Shown here in pieces: positions 9,052 to 18,509 of a DNA stretch of 35,970 nucleotides (within the stretch, counting starts at the first letter, position 1; each line of letters begins with the position of its first letter). The notes below the pieces were generated by a model. That model worked only from the letters and a program-made list of their open reading frames with translations. It was not told where the DNA came from and ran no database searches. The translations under genes and the position numbers were made by a program. The DNA lies in IMG/VR virus record IMGVR_UViG_3300027373_000203, positions 1-35,970 of that record. One strand, given 5' to 3'. This stretch comes from a virus. Lineage: Duplodnaviria; Caudoviricetes.

Positions 9052-9197
9052 ACGAAGTACTACGCCTTACACAAGGCGACCTAACAAACGTCATCAAAGA
9101 AGATGACAAACCAATTTCCCAAGATGGGAAAGATGGTCAAACAGAACGCAACAACAAAGCGTTTTACGATGGGTATAAAGGGGAAGTACATGAGTAA
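9045..9197 (+). CDS. Hypothetical protein (50 aa, not in ORF track)
   Basis: MLNEVLRLTQGDL... overlapping the upstream stop. Confidence 0.4.
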   Translation: MLNEVLRLTQGDLTNVIKEDDKPISQDGKDGQTERNNKAFYDGYKGEVHE

Positions 9198-9230
9198 AAT
9201 TTTGGTAAAGTATTCAAAAAGGAAACTAAC

Positions 9231-9425
9231 ATGATGCAATTTATTAAAAGAATTTCATTTTTCAAATGGAACTGGTCGAACAAACAAAAGTTAACCATCG
9301 AAGCAGAAATGAAACGAGATGATTTTAAAAAGTTTCTTAGCGACAATAAGATCAAAACAGATGGTGATTTAAACGCTGTGCATAAGGCAGAGATAGTTAT
9401 TAAGATAAAAGGTCGTGATGAATGA
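9231..9425 (+). CDS. Hypothetical protein
   Basis: 64-aa ORF, AAGGA RBS. Confidence 0.5.
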   Translation: MMQFIKRISFFKWNWSNKQKLTIEAEMKRDDFKKFLSDNKIKTDGDLNAVHKAEIVIKIKGRDE

Positions 9426-9607
9426 GAGAGATACGCGACACGACAGTAACAATACACCCAACAGTCAAACTATCATTTGCTTATGCCTTAGATAGAATAG
9501 CTGAGAAAGAAAATCTAAATGTAGGAAAAGCACTCGAAAAATGTATGGAAGAATGTAAAGACTTTCAAGAATACATTAAAGAGTTTCATAACATAAAAAG
9601 GGATTAA
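9422..9607 (+). CDS. Small protein, possibly ribbon-helix-helix
   Basis: N-terminal beta-like TTVTIH then ALDRIAEKENLNVGKALEKCM. Confidence 0.5.
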   Translation: MREIRDTTVTIHPTVKLSFAYALDRIAEKENLNVGKALEKCMEECKDFQEYIKEFHNIKRD

Positions 9608-9620
9608 TTTTCCCTTTTTT
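9595..9620 (+). terminator. Intrinsic terminator-like hairpin
   Basis: AAAAAGGGA-TTAATTT-TCCCTTTTTT at the end of the early/middle gene run. Confidence 0.55.
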
Positions 9621-9697
9621 CTGCGTAAAAATCTTTAAGATACTTTCACTTCCAAAACTGCAAAAATACCGTATATAAAATCTTATAGGACGGTAGA

Positions 9698-10048
9698 ATG
9701 AAACCTGATGCAATAGATCATCTATCCTTCAAACTCGCAACAAAATTTAAACAATCAAACCTAGAAAAAGCCGTCATCGAATCATTACTACAAGTTCTTG
9801 AAGAAGAAGAGAATGAAACACGACTGCTATTTGCAGGCAATACACATATCAAGAACGATAGACACAATATAAAACAAGCATATTTACTTTGGCAACAGCA
9901 GAAAGTTACCAATAAATCAAAGAAAGAAATATGCAACTATATTGCTAACTGCATCAGTGACATAAGCCCACGAACAATAGAAAAATATATCCAAAAGTTC
10001 ACAAAAGGTTTTAATCCACTAAGGAGATATGATGCCTATATCTTATAA
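9698..10048 (+). CDS. Candidate late transcriptional activator (C-terminal HTH, Mor/C-like layout)
   Basis: SKKEICNYIA..ISPRTIEKYI HTH-like end; directly upstream of the packaging genes. Function is inference. Confidence 0.45.
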   Translation: MKPDAIDHLSFKLATKFKQSNLEKAVIESLLQVLEEEENETRLLFAGNTHIKNDRHNIKQAYLLWQQQKVTNKSKKEICNYIANCISDISPRTIEKYIQKFTKGFNPLRRYDAYIL

Positions 10049-10367
10049 GTCATGCAGATGTGGAGCAAAGATACCACGTAACCTAAAGTGCTGCGAGAAG
10101 TGTGAAGCATCACGACAAAAAACTTACGATAACTCAACACGCAACCAAGAGAGCAAAGCCTTTTACAACTCTAAAGCATGGTGGAGAGTTAGAACGATAG
10201 TACTAAGAGATAACCCTTTGTGTGTTAAGTGTGGACATCCTGCACAGGTAGTAGATCACATCAAAGAGTTAAGAGATGGCGGTGAGCCTTTGGCGTTGGA
10301 AAATCTCCAAGGATTATGCCATGCGTGCCACAATAAAAAGACTGCAGAAGAGAGAGAAAGAAGATGA
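10029..10367 (+). CDS. Packaging-associated HNH endonuclease (HK97 gp74-like)
   Basis: FYNSKAW, PLCVKC, VVDHI, NLQGLCHACHNKKT upstream of terminase. Confidence 0.9.
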   Translation: MMPISYKSCRCGAKIPRNLKCCEKCEASRQKTYDNSTRNQESKAFYNSKAWWRVRTIVLRDNPLCVKCGHPAQVVDHIKELRDGGEPLALENLQGLCHACHNKKTAEERERR

Positions 10368-10374
10368 GCATAAC

Positions 10375-10566
10375 ATGTATGTAGCATGTGATAAAGATGG
10401 AACATTGCACACTCATCAAACAAAACCGATTAGGGCACAGTATGGTAGAGGTGTTAAAGATACTTTTTGGGAAAGCGATACCAAGCAACAAGCAACACAA
10501 GAGCTAAGAAAAGAATACTGCTTTATGCGTTGGGAGCATGATCCAATAGAAGTAAATGACAAATAG
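10375..10566 (+). CDS. Hypothetical phage protein
   Basis: MYVACDKDGTL...KPIR; likely start 10375 within track ORF 10276-10566. Confidence 0.5.
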   Translation: MYVACDKDGTLHTHQTKPIRAQYGRGVKDTFWESDTKQQATQELRKEYCFMRWEHDPIEVNDK

Positions 10567-10569
10567 AGG

Positions 10570-10695
10570 ACATGGGGAAGGGGTATCAAATCTCTAGGAA
10601 TTTAGAGCCTAAAGACCGCCTGCTCCCTCATCTTTTCACAAAGTCAATTTTTGAGATTTTAAAATAGTGGACAGTTTAAAAAGGTGGACAATTTA
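10570..10695 (+). other. Probable cos packaging region
   Basis: GGGGAAGGGGTATCAAATCTCTA...GACCGCC..CTCATCTTTTCAC pattern between HNH and TerS, typical of HK97-like cos regions; GTGGACA-R-TTT repeats at 10667 and 10684. Confidence 0.55.
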
Positions 10696-10713
10696 ATAAT
10701 GCTAGGAGAAGAT

Positions 10714-11190
10714 ATGAGAGAAGTTAAGTTTAGAGCATTAGGCACAAAAGGTCACTCTTCAACAGAAGGAAAATGGGCATATGGGACAAATAAGATAGAA
10801 GACTGTTATGGAGATACAAAGAAATATGACCATCTTCCACTGCATATGTTCGAAAGATATTTACAAGGTAATTATTATGATAAAAAAACACGTGGAGAAT
10901 ACACAGGATTAAAAGATATTGATGGTGTAGAGATTTATGAGGGTGATATTGTTCAAATAGTTGAATATGAAGCACGGTATGATGGAAAATTTGATGAATT
11001 TAGAAGTGAAGTTATTTTCATTAACGGGTATTTTGGTTATTTACAATATGAGGAACATTTAGGGCGCAAAGTAGACTATTACTTATCAAGTGTATGCTCT
11101 GAAGATGGAATAGGGCATAGAGGAAGCCATTTTTGTAACTTTGTTGGAAACATATACGAAAATCATGAGTTGTTAGAAGCCAATGAGTAA
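10714..11190 (+). CDS. Second YopX-family protein
   Basis: MREVKFRA, EYTGLKDIDGVEIYEGDIV, VGNIYENHELL; AGGAG RBS. Confidence 0.85.
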   Translation: MREVKFRALGTKGHSSTEGKWAYGTNKIEDCYGDTKKYDHLPLHMFERYLQGNYYDKKTRGEYTGLKDIDGVEIYEGDIVQIVEYEARYDGKFDEFRSEVIFINGYFGYLQYEEHLGRKVDYYLSSVCSEDGIGHRGSHFCNFVGNIYENHELLEANE

Positions 11191-11803
11191 ACAAATCACA
11201 ACAGCACAAGCCCTAGAAATACTAGGTGTGAACGCTAAAACGTTACAACGAAAAAAGAAAGATGGACTAGTACAATCTTGGAAAGTTGGTCGTGATTGGT
11301 TTTTCTATGAAGATGAGATTTTAGCCTTACTGCCTGATGTCAAAAAAAAGCAGATCATCCACGCACCGTCAGCTATTGAAAAAAATGTCAAAAAGAAAAA
11401 AGAGGTTGAAGAGAAAGCCAAAGAAATTGAATTTAAACTAAAAGAGGCTGAAAGTAAACCAAGTGATGAACTACTTGAAGAAAGTGGAAAATTACACTTA
11501 GTGGCTCTTAGAGAACAGATGGAATCTTTGGGAATTTATGAGAAAATTGATGACATGCTTATTTTTTCCGCTGCACTTTCATTCCAAACATACCTAAAAT
11601 ATGAGGCACTGGCTTCTTCTGTTGATTATATGTCAGTTGATATGAAAGGTACAGAAAAAGAACACCCATACTCAGATGTAGCTAAAAAACATTTTGATCG
11701 TTATGTATCAGTATGTGAGAAGTTGGGCGTAACACCATTAGCGCGCAATAAATTAAAGCCTAGTAACGATAAACCTAAAAATGATTTTGAAGAATTTTTC
11801 TAA
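11183..11803 (+). CDS. terS: Terminase small subunit (P27-like) with N-terminal MerR/excisionase-like HTH
   Basis: C-terminal EHPY....LGVTPLARNKL; N-terminal TTAQALEILGVNAKTLQR; directly before TerL. Confidence 0.8.
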   Translation: MSKQITTAQALEILGVNAKTLQRKKKDGLVQSWKVGRDWFFYEDEILALLPDVKKKQIIHAPSAIEKNVKKKKEVEEKAKEIEFKLKEAESKPSDELLEESGKLHLVALREQMESLGIYEKIDDMLIFSAALSFQTYLKYEALASSVDYMSVDMKGTEKEHPYSDVAKKHFDRYVSVCEKLGVTPLARNKLKPSNDKPKNDFEEFF

Positions 11804-13506
11804 TGGTGTACTCAAAAGAGCTTTTACAAAAAGCAAAGGCGAGAATTAACGAAGATGGAATAGGTGAGCTTTTAAGGCTTGCACGTAAAAGACACTATAA
11901 CGACTTATTGCACGGTCATGAACGTGGGCTATGGTACGATGAGGAATCAGCCAATAAAGCCGTAAAGTTCATTGAAGCGCTCAAGCATACTAAAGGTGTA
12001 TGGGCAGGTAAAAATATTATCCTAGAAGAGTGGCAAAAAGAGGACATAATCAAGCCTATCTTTGGATGGATGAAAAGAAATGAAGATGAAAACACGAAAG
12101 AAAAATTCCCTTGGATAAGAAGATTTAAAACTACTTATGATGAGGTAGCGCGTAAAAATGGAAAATCTACTTTAGCATCAGGCATAGGGTTAAAGTTAGC
12201 ATTTGGAGATAAAGAGCATGGTGCAGAGGTTTATGCCGTAGCTACTAAAAAAGATCAGGCTAAAATCGTTTGGAATGATGCTGAGCGGATGAAGAATAAA
12301 TGCGGTTTAAAAGAATACGTTAAAACAGCGTATTCAACTATGACATGTGACTTATTGAATAGCATTTTTAGACCGCTAGGACGTGATAGCAACACAGAGG
12401 ACGGATTAAACGTCCACGGATCTATCGTTGATGAATACCATGCTCACCCTGATAGTGAAATGAGAGACGTTTTACGTTCAGGTATGGGTGCAAGGCTTCA
12501 AGCTTTGGAGATGATTATTACCACAGCAGGATTTAAACGTACTTCTCCATGCTATGAAGAAAGAGAATACGCGATAAAAATTCTAAAAGGAGTGCTAGAA
12601 AACGATAGTTATCATGTATTCATAGCATCACTAGACAAAGGAGATGACCCATTTGATCCTAAAAATTGGAAGAAAGCTAACCCTAATCTAGGAATATCTC
12701 TTAATTACGAAGATTTTAAGGCTATGGCGTTAGAGGCAAAGGGAAAATCATCAGCTTATAACAATTTTTTAGTAAAGCGTTTAAATGTGTGGACCAATTC
12801 AAAAGAGGCATGGATTAACTATGAGAAATGGGAAGCATCGGGCGGTATTTCCTGTAAATTGGAAGATTTGAAAGGTCGTGTAGTTTATGCAGGGCTTGAC
12901 TTATCAACTACTACTGATTTAACGGCATTGGTAGTTATTTCAAAGAGAGAAGATGGAATTTTTGACGTTTATTGTAGATTTTTTATGCCAAAAGATACAC
13001 TTGATGAAAGAAAATATCAAGATAAAGTGCCTTATTCTGATTGGGTACGCGAAGGTTTTATTACCGCCACACCTGGTAACGTAGTAGATTATGATTACGT
13101 GAAAGATGCGGTTATGGAAATAGCCAATATTTGTGATCTAAAAGTCCTAGCATACGATAGACATAACGCAACAGAAACAACGAATAACCTAACGAAAGAA
13201 GGTGTGGAAGCGGTAGCATTTAATCAAGGTACAGTAGCCATGAATGCACCTGTGAAATTACTTGAAAAACTAGTCCTTAGCAAAAAACTTAATCACGGTC
13301 ATAACAAGGTACTTAACTGGATGAGTTCAAATGCTGAATTGATATCTGATAGTGGCGGAAATGTGAAGTTTAGCAAGCCTGATCCACGATCAATTGAAAG
13401 AATCGATGGAATGGTTGCTTTATGTATGGCACTAGGAGCATATTTAAACGATAAAAAAGAAGAAGATGTATCACCATATGAAACAGTAGGATTTAGAACT
13501 ATTTAA
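11803..13506 (+). CDS. terL: Terminase large subunit
   Basis: Walker A VARKNGKST, Walker B IVDEYH, ITTAG, WKKANPNLG, GLDLS, RIDGMVAL. Confidence 0.97.
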   Translation: MVYSKELLQKAKARINEDGIGELLRLARKRHYNDLLHGHERGLWYDEESANKAVKFIEALKHTKGVWAGKNIILEEWQKEDIIKPIFGWMKRNEDENTKEKFPWIRRFKTTYDEVARKNGKSTLASGIGLKLAFGDKEHGAEVYAVATKKDQAKIVWNDAERMKNKCGLKEYVKTAYSTMTCDLLNSIFRPLGRDSNTEDGLNVHGSIVDEYHAHPDSEMRDVLRSGMGARLQALEMIITTAGFKRTSPCYEEREYAIKILKGVLENDSYHVFIASLDKGDDPFDPKNWKKANPNLGISLNYEDFKAMALEAKGKSSAYNNFLVKRLNVWTNSKEAWINYEKWEASGGISCKLEDLKGRVVYAGLDLSTTTDLTALVVISKREDGIFDVYCRFFMPKDTLDERKYQDKVPYSDWVREGFITATPGNVVDYDYVKDAVMEIANICDLKVLAYDRHNATETTNNLTKEGVEAVAFNQGTVAMNAPVKLLEKLVLSKKLNHGHNKVLNWMSSNAELISDSGGNVKFSKPDPRSIERIDGMVALCMALGAYLNDKKEEDVSPYETVGFRTI

Positions 13507-13542
13507 TTTCCCCTCCAAAATCACCTAAAAACTGCGTAACTC
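13504..13542 (+). promoter_or_regulatory. 39-bp repeat copy 1, probable late promoter/activator site before the portal
   Basis: TAATTTCCCCTCCAAAATCACCTAAAAACTGCGTAACTC identical to 18430-18468. Confidence 0.7.
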
Positions 13543-13578
13543 CATCGTTAAACTTTGGAAAAATAGTGGAGGGATGAC

Positions 13579-14787
13579 TTGGGGTATTTTAGCAATATTG
13601 CTCGTGCTTTAGTTGGTAGAAGTATTAACTATGATGAAATGTACGCTAAATTTCATATGCTAAACTCAGGCTCTTCTATTGGCAATGTAACTCCAAACAT
13701 ATCACTACAAATGACAGCAGTTTTTGCAGCAGTAAAACTTCTATCAGAATCTATAGCAATGCTTCCATTATCTCTCCATAAAAAAACAGGTGATAAAACA
13801 GAACAAGCTTTAGACCATATGCTATACAAACTTCTAAAATATCGCCCAAATAATGAAGTAAATATTTTTTCGTTTAAACAGTCTTTTGTTGCCTCGATGC
13901 TTTTGCAAGGATCAGCATACATTCATAAAGGGATGAATATATACGGTGATACTGTTGAACTTAATGTTCTTCTCCCACAATTCGTCTATAAAGAACGCAT
14001 AAATGGAAAAATTTACTACAACTACACCGACAAAAATGGGTCAAGAAAACTAACTTTTGAAGAAGTAATAAATATTCCTTACTTTACTCTCAATGGTATT
14101 GATGGACTTTCCCCAATCGGAGTATGCAGAAAGAGTGTTGCGCTTGGGTTAAAAGCAGAAAATCACGCAGAACTTTACTATGACAACGGCGGAAAACCAA
14201 ACGGATTTATAAAAGCTCCTCAAAAACTAACAGATGAAGCTTTTGAACGATTAAGAAAATCATTTAATGAAAATTATGGTGGTAATAACAGTTTCAAAAC
14301 TGGAATTTTAGAGGGTGGCGCTGATTATATTGGTATCCCACTAAATATGAAAGATGCACAGTTTATAGAGTCACGAAAATTTCAAGTTTCTGAAATAGCT
14401 CGTATCTTTGGTGTACCTCCTCATAAAATTGGGGACCTTGAAAAAGCTACGTTTTCAAATATTGAAGAGCAAAACATTGAATTTGCTACAACATCGATCA
14501 TCCCATTCGCCACAAAGATTGAAGAGGCTTTAAATTTCCATTTACTGACAACAAAAGAAAGAGAGTCAGGATACTTCTTCAAGTTTAATGCAAATGCACT
14601 TCTAAGAGGAAATATCCAAGCACGATATGAAGCTTATACCAAAGGTAGAAATTGGGGATGGCTAAGTGTTAATGAAATTAGAGAACTAGAGGACTTAAAC
14701 CCTATTGAAAATGGGGATGTTTATTTAGAGCCATTAAATATGGTCGAAGCAGGAAAACCAACACAAGGAGGCACACCGAATGCCTAA
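13579..14787 (+). CDS. Portal protein (HK97 family)
   Basis: AVFAAVKLLSESIAMLPL, GLSPI, DAQFIESRKFQVSEIARIFGVPPH, SNIEEQ, NEIRELEDL; TTG start after GGAGG. Confidence 0.96.
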   Translation: MGYFSNIARALVGRSINYDEMYAKFHMLNSGSSIGNVTPNISLQMTAVFAAVKLLSESIAMLPLSLHKKTGDKTEQALDHMLYKLLKYRPNNEVNIFSFKQSFVASMLLQGSAYIHKGMNIYGDTVELNVLLPQFVYKERINGKIYYNYTDKNGSRKLTFEEVINIPYFTLNGIDGLSPIGVCRKSVALGLKAENHAELYYDNGGKPNGFIKAPQKLTDEAFERLRKSFNENYGGNNSFKTGILEGGADYIGIPLNMKDAQFIESRKFQVSEIARIFGVPPHKIGDLEKATFSNIEEQNIEFATTSIIPFATKIEEALNFHLLTTKERESGYFFKFNANALLRGNIQARYEAYTKGRNWGWLSVNEIRELEDLNPIENGDVYLEPLNMVEAGKPTQGGTPNA

Positions 14788-15376
14788 AAATTTAATGGAT
14801 GTACTTCACAGTAGAAGTTTTGAGAAAAAAATTAGAGCAGATACGATCCTTATTAACCATGAAACTCGTACCGTTCCTTTTATTCTTGTATCAAAAGACA
14901 ACGCAGGAGAGCGTTATGACTGGTGGGAAGGTCGCATCTATATTGAAGAGTTAGACCCAAAAGGAGCGATCCTTACAGAGCTAAGAACTTTCTTTAAAGA
15001 TCACTCACCAAGCGTTGATAATGCTATTGGCAGAGTTGAAAATTTACGACTAGAGGGCGGAGAAGTTAAGTGTGATGTAGTCTTTGGAAGTGATGAAGAT
15101 AGCCTTAAAGTCTTTCAAAAATACGCTGAGGGAATTTTAACGGATGTATCTATCGGATACACCATTGATGAAGTGATCGAGACAGAGAAAAAAGGAGAGC
15201 CTACCCATGTGCTTGTAACGAAGTTTACTATCCTAGAGCTTTCTGCAGTATGGAAAGGATTTGATAGTGGCGCAATAGTAGGACGTAAAGCGGTGGAAGA
15301 TCAGAGAACACCTGATATTTCAAAATTACAAATTGCGAAACGCAATTTAGAAATTTATACAAGGAAAGTTAAATGA
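14780..15376 (+). CDS. Prohead protease (HK97 family)
   Basis: DH..AIGRV, DVSIGY, ELSAV; between portal and capsid. Confidence 0.85.
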   Translation: MPKNLMDVLHSRSFEKKIRADTILINHETRTVPFILVSKDNAGERYDWWEGRIYIEELDPKGAILTELRTFFKDHSPSVDNAIGRVENLRLEGGEVKCDVVFGSDEDSLKVFQKYAEGILTDVSIGYTIDEVIETEKKGEPTHVLVTKFTILELSAVWKGFDSGAIVGRKAVEDQRTPDISKLQIAKRNLEIYTRKVK

Positions 15377-16620
15377 ACGAAAGATTAAAAAAGCTATTGG
15401 AGCGAATGAAAGCTTTAACAGACAAAGCAACTGCTGAAAAACGTGATCTTACTGATGAAGAATCAGCGGAATTTGATGGATACAAAAAAGAGTTTGACAG
15501 TTTAGAGCGCACATTGAATGCGAATGATGTCACACAAAGAGTTCAAGGAGTTATCGCTAAACTTGAAAAACCAGTTAATTCACCAATTCGTGCAGAACTT
15601 GGATTAACAGAAAAAGAATTAAAGCGTTATTCATTAAGTCGCGCTCTTCTTTCAACAATGCCAGGTTCAGGAATTGATGCAGGGTATGAGCGTGAATTAA
15701 GTCAAGAAGTTGAAAAACAGTATGGAAGATCAGCAAATGGTATCTATATTCCTCATGACATCTTGACGGCAAAACGTGATATGAATGTTTCAACTCCAAC
15801 AGCAGGCGGTAATCTTGTTGCTACAAATTACATGCCAGGTAGTTTTATTGAGTTACTTCGTGCTCGTGCACTTATGATGCAATTAGGCGTACAAACACTT
15901 GACGGACTTGTTGGTAATGTTGCTATCTCAAAACAAACAGGCGCTTCTACTGCTTATTGGGTTGCGGAAGGTGGAGATACTACTCAATCAGATGTGACCA
16001 TTGGCATGATCAATATGAGTCCTAAAACAATTACTGGTAAAACTGCTACAACTCGTCAGCTTTTGATGCAGTCTAACCCTTCCGTTGATGCTCTTTTGAT
16101 GAATGATTTATCAAAAGTTCTAGGGCTTGGCATTGATAAGGCGATCATTAGTGGTACAGGTGCAAGCAATCAGCCAAGAGGTATTTTAAACACATCAGGA
16201 ATTGGCTCAGTTAGTTGTGCAACAGCAGCAGGTGGTTTTAACTTTGCTAATGCGGTCAAATTTGAGACAGCTCTTGAAACAGCTAATTATGATGCTTCAA
16301 CATGTAGTTATGTTATGACCCCATCAATCAAAGGAACAGCAAAATCAACACAAAAAGTAACTGGTGCTGCGGCAATGGTATTTGAAAATAATGAAGTAAA
16401 CGGTTATAGCGCATATTCAACAATGCAAATGAACGCAAATACTGTTTTATTTGGAGACTTTTCAGAGGTTATTCTTGGTCTTTGGGGTGGTCTTGATCTT
16501 ATGCTTGACCCATATGCAAAGGCTGACAGTGCAGGTCTTGTTGTACGTGCGTTCCAATCTGTTGATATTGCCATCAGACATGCTGCGGCTTTTGCTGCTT
16601 CAACTGACGTAGGATTGTAA
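15373..16620 (+). CDS. Major capsid protein (HK97 fold) with N-terminal delta domain
   Basis: Coiled N-terminus, AGGNLVAT, AYWVAEG, GTGASNQPRGI, FGDFS, DIAIRHAAAF. Confidence 0.95.
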   Translation: MNERLKKLLERMKALTDKATAEKRDLTDEESAEFDGYKKEFDSLERTLNANDVTQRVQGVIAKLEKPVNSPIRAELGLTEKELKRYSLSRALLSTMPGSGIDAGYERELSQEVEKQYGRSANGIYIPHDILTAKRDMNVSTPTAGGNLVATNYMPGSFIELLRARALMMQLGVQTLDGLVGNVAISKQTGASTAYWVAEGGDTTQSDVTIGMINMSPKTITGKTATTRQLLMQSNPSVDALLMNDLSKVLGLGIDKAIISGTGASNQPRGILNTSGIGSVSCATAAGGFNFANAVKFETALETANYDASTCSYVMTPSIKGTAKSTQKVTGAAAMVFENNEVNGYSAYSTMQMNANTVLFGDFSEVILGLWGGLDLMLDPYAKADSAGLVVRAFQSVDIAIRHAAAFAASTDVGL

Positions 16621-16621
16621 T

Positions 16622-16873
16622 ATGAAAGTAAAAATCACACGCTCCGTCTTTATTGACGGAGTTACTAAAAAAGTTGGCGATGTTGTTGATGTAGAAAAAC
16701 ATTTTGGTAATGAGCTAATTGCTACAAATGCGGCAGAACTCATTGAAGAGGCAGAGAATGGTGATGAGCTTACAGAGCTTAAAGCCAAAGCCGATGAATT
16801 AGGTATCAAGTACACTAAAAAATCAACGGTTGAAGATCTTACTAAACTCATTGAAGAGGCAGAGAATAAATGA
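16622..16873 (+). CDS. Small head-associated protein with HeH/Rho-N-like C-terminal module
   Basis: ELKAKADELGIKY.KKST..DL..LI; 23-bp exact internal repeat. Confidence 0.65.
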   Translation: MKVKITRSVFIDGVTKKVGDVVDVEKHFGNELIATNAAELIEEAENGDELTELKAKADELGIKYTKKSTVEDLTKLIEEAENK

Positions 16874-17379
16874 AATTAACGTGCACAACACCGCCAATCA
16901 CACAGACAGTAACAATCGAAGAGGCTAAAAGCTTTTGTCGTATTTTGACAAACGATGATGATGCGATTATTTCTCTCTTGATTGATGCGGCAACTGATTA
17001 CGCTCAAAACGTAACAGGAAGGCAGTTATGCACGGCAACTTATGAGATCGTAGTTGGTGGTGAACAATCACCGCTACGACTCCCTAAAGCTCCATTAAAA
17101 GCAATCACGAGTGTTATGTGTAACGGTATTGCGCTTGACTACTCATTACGCTATGACTATGACGTTGCTTTTATCGAGTTTTCGGCTACTGATGATGTGA
17201 CCATAACCTATGAATGTGGTTACGATGTTATCCCTGCAAGTTTAAAAGCATGGTGTCTTAACAAAGTATCAACTCTTTATGAAAATAGAGAGGGGATTGT
17301 AGTTGGATTAAGCGTTGCAGAAGTGCCAAGTGGGGTGATAGATTGTATTTTAGATCAATACAAAGTTAGATACCTATGA
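16870..17379 (+). CDS. Head-tail connector (gp6-like)
   Basis: VTIEEAKSFCRI..DDAII..LIDAA, LYENRE. Confidence 0.88.
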   Translation: MKLTCTTPPITQTVTIEEAKSFCRILTNDDDAIISLLIDAATDYAQNVTGRQLCTATYEIVVGGEQSPLRLPKAPLKAITSVMCNGIALDYSLRYDYDVAFIEFSATDDVTITYECGYDVIPASLKAWCLNKVSTLYENREGIVVGLSVAEVPSGVIDCILDQYKVRYL

Positions 17380-17693
17380 GAGCAGGAACACTCCGCAATA
17401 AAATAGAGTTTCTTACTATCTCCGATGGTCAGGATGAGATGGGAGGAACAGCAGAAGTGGAAACTCACTTTTGTTACTCGATGGCTGAAATAAAGCCCGT
17501 CAGCGGTAATGAAAAGTTTGTTGCTAATCAAGTTTTCACAGAGGCTACATGTCAAATAAGATGCCGATATGTTGCAGGAATTACCACGAAGCATAAGATA
17601 AAGTTTGGAGATCGTAAGTTTAACATTCTAAATTCTCAGAACAAAGATGAGCGAGGGATTGAGCTTTATATTATTGCTAAGGAAATATTTTGA
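17376..17693 (+). CDS. Head closure protein (SPP1 gp16/HK97 gp7-like)
   Basis: MRAGTLRNKI, AEIKPVSGNE, IRCRY motifs. Confidence 0.88.
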   Translation: MRAGTLRNKIEFLTISDGQDEMGGTAEVETHFCYSMAEIKPVSGNEKFVANQVFTEATCQIRCRYVAGITTKHKIKFGDRKFNILNSQNKDERGIELYIIAKEIF

Positions 17694-18088
17694 GTAACGA
17701 AATAAAAGGGCTAGAAGATCTTATCAAAAATCTTAATGCTCTTCCTGCAAAACTTGAAAAAAAAGTGATACGCGCTGCCGTTAGAAAAGGAGCGAATATT
17801 GTTAGAGATAAAGCTAGGCAAAATGTACCAAAAGATACAGGAAACCTTCAAAAATCTATCATTACATCAGGTGCTAAAGTCTCAGGAAAAATCGCTTTTA
17901 GAGTTAGCCTAAAGCAAAGAAAAACAAAGAACTCTAAAGAACCATATTATGGTCGTTTTATTGAGTTCGGAACTTCAAAAATGCCTGCAAAACCATTTAT
18001 GCGCCCTGCGCTTGATGAATCAGAATGGGAGGTATTTGATACCGTAGTTAGCGATATTAAATCAAACCTTGATAAGGTGAATAAATGA
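17690..18088 (+). CDS. HK97 gp10-family protein
   Basis: PKDTGNLQKSI, YYGRFIEFGTSKMPAKPFMRPA. Confidence 0.9.
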   Translation: MSNEIKGLEDLIKNLNALPAKLEKKVIRAAVRKGANIVRDKARQNVPKDTGNLQKSIITSGAKVSGKIAFRVSLKQRKTKNSKEPYYGRFIEFGTSKMPAKPFMRPALDESEWEVFDTVVSDIKSNLDKVNK

Positions 18089-18432
18089 TTCAAACAGGCT
18101 TATTTAACCTCTTAAAAACCATTCCATCAATAGGCAATAGAGTTTACCCTTTAGTAGCTCCTCAAAATACTCCAACTCCTTACATTACTTATCAGCGTAT
18201 AAGTCCTTTTGATACTTCGACAACAGAAGGAACTGAAAGCTTAGATTTGGCTCGTTTTCAAATCAAAGTTTTCTCAAAAACATATTCAGATGCAGTAAAT
18301 AACGCGAATTTAGTCAAAGAAAAACTAAGCGGAAAAGGATTAAAGCTTATGCATGGGGAAGATATTGAGCCTGATACTTTATTATTCTTTCAAATCCTAG
18401 ATTACCAACTTTCAGACGACATACTTCAATAA
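18085..18432 (+). CDS. Tail terminator/completion protein (DUF3168-like)
   Basis: RVYPLVAPQ..PYITYQRIS, RFQIKVFS; position. Confidence 0.8.
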   Translation: MIQTGLFNLLKTIPSIGNRVYPLVAPQNTPTPYITYQRISPFDTSTTEGTESLDLARFQIKVFSKTYSDAVNNANLVKEKLSGKGLKLMHGEDIEPDTLLFFQILDYQLSDDILQ

Positions 18433-18468
18433 TTTCCCCTCCAAAATCACCTAAAAACTGCGTAACTC
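18430..18468 (+). promoter_or_regulatory. 39-bp repeat copy 2, probable late promoter/activator site before the tail tube gene
   Basis: Identical to 13504-13542. Confidence 0.7.
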
Positions 18469-18509
18469 TCTTCGTAAGATACTGAAAATATCTTATTAAG
18501 GAGTCTTGC

